Origin: an uncultured Acidobacteriota bacterium
GTDB lineage: Bacteria > Acidobacteriota > Thermoanaerobaculia > Multivoradales > UBA5704
NCBI GenBank assembly: GCA_963770895.1
Contig: CAVYRF010000002.1
Span: 1,344,001-1,408,000 of the forward strand
Length of the DNA stretch: 64,000 bases
Direction: 5' to 3'
The translations under genes and the position numbers were made by a program. How positions within the stretch are numbered: position 1 is the stretch's first letter; each line of letters starts with the position of its first letter. Of this stretch, positions 57,710-64,000 are shown piece by piece. The notes below the pieces were generated by a model. That model saw nothing but the letters and a program-made list of their open reading frames with translations. It was not told the origin of the DNA and searched no databases.

Positions 57710-59314
57710 ATGGCTTCTCTTCTGTGGCTGCTGTATCAGGCCGGCTTGGCGTTGGCGCTGCTGATCGCCGGCCCGTTCCTGTTGGTGCGCCGGGGCAAGC
57801 ATTACTTACCCACCCTATCCGGGCGCCTGGGCGGCGGCAGCGGCATGCCGCCGGCGGGTCCCGCGGCAGGGAAGGCCGGACGGACCGGCGAGGCCCCGCC
57901 GGCGGATGTCGCTGGGCGCCCCCTGTGGCTGCACGCGGTTTCCGTCGGCGAGGTCGGGGTCGCCGCCACCCTGGCGCGGGCGCTGCCTGCCGCCGTGCCG
58001 CTCGTCGTCACCACCGTGACCCCAACCGGGCAGGCGCTGGCCCAGCGCCTCTTTGCCGGCCGCGCGCAGGTCGCCTACCTGCCCTTCGACCTGCGCCCGA
58101 CCTTGGGCCGCTTCTGGCGCCGTTTCACGCCGGCGGCCCTCATCCTGGTCGAAGGCGACTACTGGCCGCTGCTGCTGCGCCAGGCGAGCCGCCGGGGGCT
58201 GCCGGTGGCGGTCGTCAACGGCCGCGTCGGCGATCGCGGCTTCCGCCGCCTGCGACTCCTGCGCCCCCTGACCCGGCTGTTTTTTGGCAACGTCCAGCAC
58301 TTCGGCATGCAAACCGCCGAAGACCGTGCCCGCCTGGAGCGGCTGGGCGTCGAACCGGCGCGCCTGACGGTCACCGGCAACCTCAAGTTCGACACCCCCG
58401 AGCCGCCCATCGGCCCCGAGCTCAGGGTCCTGATCGCGGCATGCGAACAGCTGGCCGCGGGGAGGCCGCTGCTCATCGCCGGCTCGACCATGGCCGGCGA
58501 AGACGAGCAGGTCCTGGCCGCCTTCCAGACCCTGGGCGGCGGGCAGCGCGCCCTGCTCGTGCTCGCCCCGCGCCACCCCGAGCGCTGGGGCGACGTCGAG
58601 CGCCTGCTGCGCCAAAGCGGCCTGGCCGCCCGCCGCCGCACCTCCCTGGCCATCGCGCCGGCCACCGACCTGCCGCCGCGCGCCACCCGGACCGACGTCC
58701 TTCTTCTGGACACCGTGGGCGAGCTGGCCGCCCTGTACAGTGCCGGCGCCGCCGCCTTCATCGGCGGCACCCTGGTGCCCACCGGCGGCCACAACCCCAT
58801 CGAGCCCGCCCGCTACCGCCTGCCCATCGCCGTCGGCCCCTCCATGCACAACTTCCGCGACGTCGCCGCCCGCTTCGACGCCGCCGCCGCCTGGCAGCGC
58901 GTCGCCGGCCCTGACGACCTGGCCGCCGCCTGGCGCCATTGGCTGGACCACCCCACCGCCGCCCGCGCCCAAGGGGAAAAAGCCGCCGCCCTCCTGGCCG
59001 AAAACCGCGGCGCCATCCTCCGCACCCTCGACCTCCTGGCGCCGCTCCTGGCCACCCTGCACCCGCCCGCCGCCACCGGCACCGCGGCGTCCGTCGCAAG
59101 TGCCGGCGTCGGCGCAGGTGCGTCCGGCTCTGCCGCAGCGGCTGACGCTTCGCCGAGAGCCGCCTTTGCCGGCAACCAGACTTGGACGCCTGGGTCTGGA
59201 ATGGACAGAGCGGACGCGGCTCGCACGTCCGAGACCCCGGCAACGACCCCGCACGGTGACGCTGCGGCGCCTGCTTTGCCGGCACCGGCAGTGGGCGCCA
59301 GGACGGACGGATAG
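57710..59314 (+). CDS. waaA: Kdo transferase
   Basis: WLHAVSVGE, YLPFD, TGNLKFD, APRHPER, DTVGEL, GGHNPIEPA. Confidence 0.95.
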   Translation: MASLLWLLYQAGLALALLIAGPFLLVRRGKHYLPTLSGRLGGGSGMPPAGPAAGKAGRTGEAPPADVAGRPLWLHAVSVGEVGVAATLARALPAAVPLVVTTVTPTGQALAQRLFAGRAQVAYLPFDLRPTLGRFWRRFTPAALILVEGDYWPLLLRQASRRGLPVAVVNGRVGDRGFRRLRLLRPLTRLFFGNVQHFGMQTAEDRARLERLGVEPARLTVTGNLKFDTPEPPIGPELRVLIAACEQLAAGRPLLIAGSTMAGEDEQVLAAFQTLGGGQRALLVLAPRHPERWGDVERLLRQSGLAARRRTSLAIAPATDLPPRATRTDVLLLDTVGELAALYSAGAAAFIGGTLVPTGGHNPIEPARYRLPIAVGPSMHNFRDVAARFDAAAAWQRVAGPDDLAAAWRHWLDHPTAARAQGEKAAALLAENRGAILRTLDLLAPLLATLHPPAATGTAASVASAGVGAGASGSAAAADASPRAAFAGNQTWTPGSGMDRADAARTSETPATTPHGDAAAPALPAPAVGARTDG

Positions 59315-59326
59315 CGCGGGAACGAG

Positions 59327-60562
59327 ATGGAGCCTCCAAGCACCGCGGCGACGCTTGCCGCTCCCCCTCTTGCCTCGTCCCCCTGGCAGCGGCTCTACGC
59401 GGGAGCGCACCGGTTACGCGCTGCGTGGTACCTGCGGCACGCCGCGGCCCTGCCGCGACCGGTCATCAGCATCGGCAACGTCCATTGGGGGGGCACCGGC
59501 AAGACGCCCGTCGTCGCCGCCATCGCCCGCCATCTGCGGCAGCAGAGCCTTGCCGTCTGCATCCTGTCGCGCGGCTACGGCGGCCAGGGCCGGGGCGTAC
59601 GGATCGTCAGCCGCGGCGCCGGGCCGCTGCTGGGAGCGGCAGAAGCAGGCGACGAGCCCGTGCAGCTGGCAGGCGAGCTACCGGGAGTCGCCGTGGTGGT
59701 CGGCCCCGACCGGCACCGCGCCGGCCTCGAAGCGCTGGCCCGCCTGCGCCCGGTCCCGGACGTCTTCCTGCTCGACGACGGCTTTTCCCACCTCGCCCTG
59801 CGCCGCGACCTGGACCTGCTGGTCTTTCCCGCCAGCGACCCCTTCGGCGGCGGCCGCCTCTGGCCGGGAGGCCGCCTGCGCGAACCCTTGGCGGCGGCGG
59901 CACGAGCCGACGCCCTGCTGCTCACCCAGCACGTCGCCGCCGGCCCCGCTGCCGCCAGCAAGAGAGGCCGTGACGGCGGCGCGGGCCGGAGCGGTACAGA
60001 CGGCGGCGCGGGCGACGCTCCCGCCGGTGGCGGTGCGCTGGCCGCGGCCCTGCGCGCTCATGGGTTTGCGGGTCCGGGCTTCGACTGTCCGATCCGCGCC
60101 GGGGCGCCGATGCTGCAGACCGCGGAAGGGCCGGTGCCGCTTGCCCCCGGCAGCAAGGTCGTGCTGGTGAGCGCCGTCGCGCGCCCCGACGCGTTTGCCG
60201 CCACCGTGCGCAAGCTAGACTTTGCCGTCATGGACGAGCTGCGCTTCGCGGATCACCACCCCTATCCCGCGGCCAGCCTGGCCCACATCGCGGCGCGCGT
60301 CCACGCGAGCGGCGCGGCCGCGGCGCTGGTCACCGCCAAGGATGGCGTCAAGCTGATGGGGCGGCTCGCCGTTCCCTTGGCCGAGCTGTCCGTCGAGGCC
60401 GACCCGCAGCCGGCGTTCTGGGACTGGTTCGATCGCGCCGTCGCCACGCTGTCCCAGCAGAGCCCGCCGGCAGGAAGCATTCCGGCCCGGCAAAACCTCC
60501 CGACAGGCGCCGGCGCCGGTCCACCATCCCAGCGACGCCCGCCGGTCGGCGGCGGCGCGTGA
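59327..60562 (+). CDS. lpxK: Tetraacyldisaccharide 4'-kinase
   Basis: ISIGNVHWGGTGKTP, LSRGYG, GDEP, LDDGF, GRLREP, FADHH. Confidence 0.95.
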   Translation: MEPPSTAATLAAPPLASSPWQRLYAGAHRLRAAWYLRHAAALPRPVISIGNVHWGGTGKTPVVAAIARHLRQQSLAVCILSRGYGGQGRGVRIVSRGAGPLLGAAEAGDEPVQLAGELPGVAVVVGPDRHRAGLEALARLRPVPDVFLLDDGFSHLALRRDLDLLVFPASDPFGGGRLWPGGRLREPLAAAARADALLLTQHVAAGPAAASKRGRDGGAGRSGTDGGAGDAPAGGGALAAALRAHGFAGPGFDCPIRAGAPMLQTAEGPVPLAPGSKVVLVSAVARPDAFAATVRKLDFAVMDELRFADHHPYPAASLAHIAARVHASGAAAALVTAKDGVKLMGRLAVPLAELSVEADPQPAFWDWFDRAVATLSQQSPPAGSIPARQNLPTGAGAGPPSQRRPPVGGGA

Positions 60563-60587
60563 TGCGTCCATCGGGAGAGCGAGCGGC

Positions 60588-61565
60588 GTGAAGCACGCAC
60601 CGGTGCGCCACCGCCTGGAATATGGCGCCTACCTGGCGCTCAAGGGGCTGGTCCGCGCGCTGCCACACAATGCCGCACGGCCGCTGGGCGCCGCCCTCGG
60701 CCGGCTGGCACACCTCGTGGACCGCAGCCATCGGCGCCTCGCCGACGCCAACCTGTCCCTGGCGTTCCCGGACCTCACCCCCGCCGAGCGCCGGGCGCTG
60801 GTCGCCGCCTGCTTTCGCCACTTCGGCGCCGCACTGTGCGATCTCATCTCCGCCGACCGGCTGTCCGCCGTCGAGCTGTGCAGCCGCTTCACCTACGAAG
60901 GCTGGGAGCACCTGGACCAGGCCGAGCGCCTTGGCCGCGGCGTCTTCCTGCTGGGCGCCCACCACGGCTGCTGGGAGATCTCGGGCCGCCCCATCGCGCT
61001 CTACCGCGGCCTGCTGCACACCATCGCCCGCCCCGCCGACAACCCCCACCTGGAACGCGAGCTGTCCGGCCTGCGCCAGCGCCTGGGCTACGCCGTCATC
61101 CACAAGCGCGGCGCCGCCCGCCGCATGCTCCAGGTCCTGCGCGACCGCGGCCGCATCGGCATCCTCCCCGACCAGCGAGTCCAGGAGCACGAAGGCATCC
61201 TGGTCCCCTTCTTCGACCATCCCGCCCTGACCACCCCCATCCTGGCCCGCATGTCCCGCCGCACCAACTGTCCCGTCGTCCCCGTCTTCGCCTACCCCGA
61301 GCCCAAAGGCCGCTACCGCCTTGTCGTCCTGCCCGCGATCCTCCCCACCGATCCAACTTCCGACGCCGCATCAACGGCCGCTGCTTCCTCCACACAGGAC
61401 GACTCCGAGGAAGCCGCGGTCGCGGCCCTGACTCGCCGCTACCTGGAAGTCATCGAAAGCGAGATCCGCGCCCACCCCCACATGTGGCTGTGGATGCACC
61501 GCCGCTGGACCCCCCGCCGCCGACGCCGCCCCGCCGCCGACCTTGCCCAAAGCCCCGATTCATAA
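60588..61565 (+). CDS. Lipid A late acyltransferase (LpxL/HtrB family)
   Basis: AHHGCWE, LPDQ, WLWMHRRW. Confidence 0.93.
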   Translation: MKHAPVRHRLEYGAYLALKGLVRALPHNAARPLGAALGRLAHLVDRSHRRLADANLSLAFPDLTPAERRALVAACFRHFGAALCDLISADRLSAVELCSRFTYEGWEHLDQAERLGRGVFLLGAHHGCWEISGRPIALYRGLLHTIARPADNPHLERELSGLRQRLGYAVIHKRGAARRMLQVLRDRGRIGILPDQRVQEHEGILVPFFDHPALTTPILARMSRRTNCPVVPVFAYPEPKGRYRLVVLPAILPTDPTSDAASTAAASSTQDDSEEAAVAALTRRYLEVIESEIRAHPHMWLWMHRRWTPRRRRRPAADLAQSPDS

Positions 61566-61801
61566 CCGAAGTCAGTCGCCGCCCTGCAGCGCCTCGCGAA
61601 CCTTCGTACGCGCTGCGCTCCGGGCCGGCAGGTAGGCGGCCACCAGGCCGAGGCGGAAAGGGCCGAACAAGCGTACGTCTGTGCCACGACCGCCCGACAC
61701 GCGCGACATTCGGCGAATTATAGCGGTGACATGCTGGTCCCCATCTTCGAGTCCATGTTCCGCCCGCGCGACAGGTGGCGGGGCATCGGGGGGGCGTCGC
61801 T

Positions 61802-63682
61802 TCAGGGGCGCGGCGCGGGGATGTCGTACAGGTAGAGGCCGCCGCCCAGGTCGGCGCTGCGAGGGTAGCGGTTCAGCCAGGTGAAGGCGTCGGGGGGGAT
61901 GGGGACCATGTGGCCGGCGCGGTTGGTGACGTACGGGTAGCCGTGCAGGAAGTTGGCGCTGATGGCCGCCGGGCCGGGGCGGTCGGGTTGGGGGAAGCGC
62001 CAGCGGATGCCGTAGATGGCCGGATCGACGTGGCCGAAGTAGGCCAGCGCGATGCCGGGCTGGCCGGTGGCGTCCAGGTGGGCGCGCAGGCGCTTCAGGC
62101 CCTGGCCCCAATCCAGGTTGGAATCCAGGAAGATGCGATCGCCGTGGCCGCCGGCCAGAAGGTTGAAGTAGTCGATGGTGTCCGGAGTGGCAAGCAGAAC
62201 CGAAAACGGATAGATCACCAGGGCGGCGACCGCAACGGCCCGCGCCAGCCGGCCGCGGCGGCGGTACGCGGATGCGGCAAGCCAGGGCACCAGCCGTCCG
62301 CTATAGATACAGGCCAGGGGCAAAATCGGCAGCAGGTAGCGAATGCCATAGCTGACCGTCGACCCCAACGAAAAAAACGCCAGCATCGCCAGAGCCGGCA
62401 CCCACAGAAAAGCTTCGGCATCTGCCTGCCCGCCGGTGGATACAGCCGCGCAGTGGGCGCTGGAGGTCTGGGTTGAGGCGTGGTCGTCGGCAGTCAGGGC
62501 CGCCTCGAAATCACCGTTCGATCCGTTGCGCACGGCGCGGGCCGGCCGCGCCCAGGGGGCGACAAGCCAGGCGGCCAGCAGCGGCAGCGGCGTCTTGAAC
62601 AGGAGGGTCAGCGGGTAGTAGGCCCAGGTGCCGCGGGGAAGCCAGCGGCCGAACAGGTAGGTCGGGAACTCTCCCTGCTCGTTGATCAGCTGGATGGCGT
62701 CAAAACCTGACAGGTAGGCCGCCGGCAGGGGCGCTGGCAGGCGGGCCGGCAGGTGGGCGGCCAGGCGCTGCAGCCAGTGGCTGCGAAAAACGGTGGTGGC
62801 CAGCGGCTGGCCGACGCCGTGGAACAGATACCCGGCATCCAGGACCAGCAGGCTCACCAGCCAGAGCACGGCCAGGGCCGCCAGGCTCGATGCCGCGGCG
62901 GCGGCCCTGCCGCGGCCTGCGCTCGCGGTGAGCGGGAAGCGCCGGCCGCGGGCGAGCGCCGCGGCGGCGAGCAGCAACAGCACCGGGTAGAGGATGACGG
63001 CGCTGAACTTGGTCAGCTGCGCCAGGCCCAGGGCGACCCCGGCGGCGAGGAGAGTGGCCGGGCGCGGGTGCTCCAGCCAGCACGCGCACAGGTAGAGGGC
63101 GCCGGTCGCTGCCAGGGCAAAGCCGATATCGGTGGTCGCCAGGTGGGCGTGGGCGACGATGCTGGGGCAGAGGGCGTAGGCGTACAGGGCCGCCAGCCCG
63201 CCGCCTTCGCCGTAGAGCCGGCGCGCCCAGTGCCACACCAGCAGACCCAGCAGGGCTCCCAACGCCACGATCGGCAGCCGGCCCAGCAGGAAGATCGCGT
63301 CGTAGGCGGCGCGATTGCGGCGCATGAAGTCGGTGCCGAAAACCCACGGATACCAGCCGTTGTCGGCCAGGCGCGGCGCGGTGTCGACGTCCGGCTGGAC
63401 GGCCAGCAGGGGCAGCGCCGAAACCAGCCGCACCAGCGGCGGATTGAGGTTGTACAGCGCAAAGTTGCCGGTCTTCAGATAGTAGTAACCGGCGGGCAGG
63501 TGGGCGAACTCGTCGACCGTCGGGCTGTCCCAGCGCAACCCGTGAGCGCACAGCGCGACGAAGACTGCCAGCAGCGCCGTCACCGCCACCGGCACCACGC
63601 GCACCGGCCCCCACCGCCAGGAGGCGGCGGGCGGAACCGCCGCCGGCTCGGGGCCTGCCGGCGGCTCGGGCGGCCCGGTCAC
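61802..63682 (-). CDS. ArnT/PMT-like (GT-C) membrane glycosyltransferase
   Basis: SPTVDEFAH, NPPL, ATTD, LTKFS, RYLLP, DSNLDWGQ; multiple TM helices; GTG start inferred. Confidence 0.85.
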   Translation of the reverse strand: MTGPPEPPAGPEPAAVPPAASWRWGPVRVVPVAVTALLAVFVALCAHGLRWDSPTVDEFAHLPAGYYYLKTGNFALYNLNPPLVRLVSALPLLAVQPDVDTAPRLADNGWYPWVFGTDFMRRNRAAYDAIFLLGRLPIVALGALLGLLVWHWARRLYGEGGGLAALYAYALCPSIVAHAHLATTDIGFALAATGALYLCACWLEHPRPATLLAAGVALGLAQLTKFSAVILYPVLLLLAAAALARGRRFPLTASAGRGRAAAAASSLAALAVLWLVSLLVLDAGYLFHGVGQPLATTVFRSHWLQRLAAHLPARLPAPLPAAYLSGFDAIQLINEQGEFPTYLFGRWLPRGTWAYYPLTLLFKTPLPLLAAWLVAPWARPARAVRNGSNGDFEAALTADDHASTQTSSAHCAAVSTGGQADAEAFLWVPALAMLAFFSLGSTVSYGIRYLLPILPLACIYSGRLVPWLAASAYRRRGRLARAVAVAALVIYPFSVLLATPDTIDYFNLLAGGHGDRIFLDSNLDWGQGLKRLRAHLDATGQPGIALAYFGHVDPAIYGIRWRFPQPDRPGPAAISANFLHGYPYVTNRAGHMVPIPPDAFTWLNRYPRSADLGGGLYLYDIPAPRP

Positions 63683-64000
63683 TCCAGCTCGAAGAGGGGG
63701 TCGCCGCCGTCGACGGGCTGGCCGGTCTGGACCAGGATGCGGGTCACGGTGCCGGCGTGCTCGGCCTGAATTTCGTTCTGCATCTTCATCGCTTCCAACA
63801 CCAGCACCCCCTGGCCGGCTTCGACGGCCTGGCCTTCGGCGACCAGCAGCGCCACCACGCGTCCCGGCATGTAGGCGGTGACGCGCTGGCGGCGGCGGCC
63901 GCCCTTCGCGGTGCCGCCCTGGGCGGCCAGGTGGGCGAGCGGATCGGCGACCGGCACCGCCACCGCTCCGTGGGGGTCGCTCACCCAATAGGTGCCGTCA
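63679..64000 (-). CDS. Biotin carboxyl carrier (biotinyl domain) protein, 5'-partial
   Basis: MPGRVV, EAMKM biotinylation motif; the ORF runs off the window end. Confidence 0.92.
   Translation of the reverse strand, partial: DGTYWVSDPHGAVAVPVADPLAHLAAQGGTAKGGRRRQRVTAYMPGRVVALLVAEGQAVEAGQGVLVLEAMKMQNEIQAEHAGTVTRILVQTGQPVDGGDPLFELE

Overview
High-GC bacterial chromosome segment; gene content and gene style suggest Acidobacteriota, possibly Thermoanaerobaculia (inference only). Positions 1-6440 are the right end of a decaying genomic island integrated at tRNA-Ser(GCT). The island holds a broken DUF932-like gene, an intact lower-GC two-gene cargo (a small His-rich protein and an Mrr-like nuclease fused to a long unknown domain), a large serine recombinase pseudogene and a tyrosine integrase whose ORF runs into the tRNA. 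The recombinase is interrupted by an IS21-type remnant with an 8-bp target duplication, whose istA is in turn interrupted by a truncated group II intron with a matching EBS1-IBS1 pair. Just outside the island are a ~173-bp direct repeat and two convergent orphan double-glycine RiPP-like precursor genes that share a leader motif. The rest is mostly core genome: tkt, an RND efflux trio, an ECF sigma operon, a cysteine synthase/CBS, OPT transporter, S1/P1 nuclease, UbiD, penicillin acylase, apaG and a BNR-repeat protein. Further right are a KamA plus two ATP-grasp ligase operon behind a leaderless uORF, an ECF-led T2SS/type IV pilus-like cluster followed by dut and a phosphatase, a (CCGGGGT)14 array, and waaA-lpxK-lpxL. 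The best candidates for undescribed biology are the island cargo pair, the orphan precursor pair and the uORF-led KamA/ATP-grasp operon. No database searches were run; all family calls come from motif recognition.
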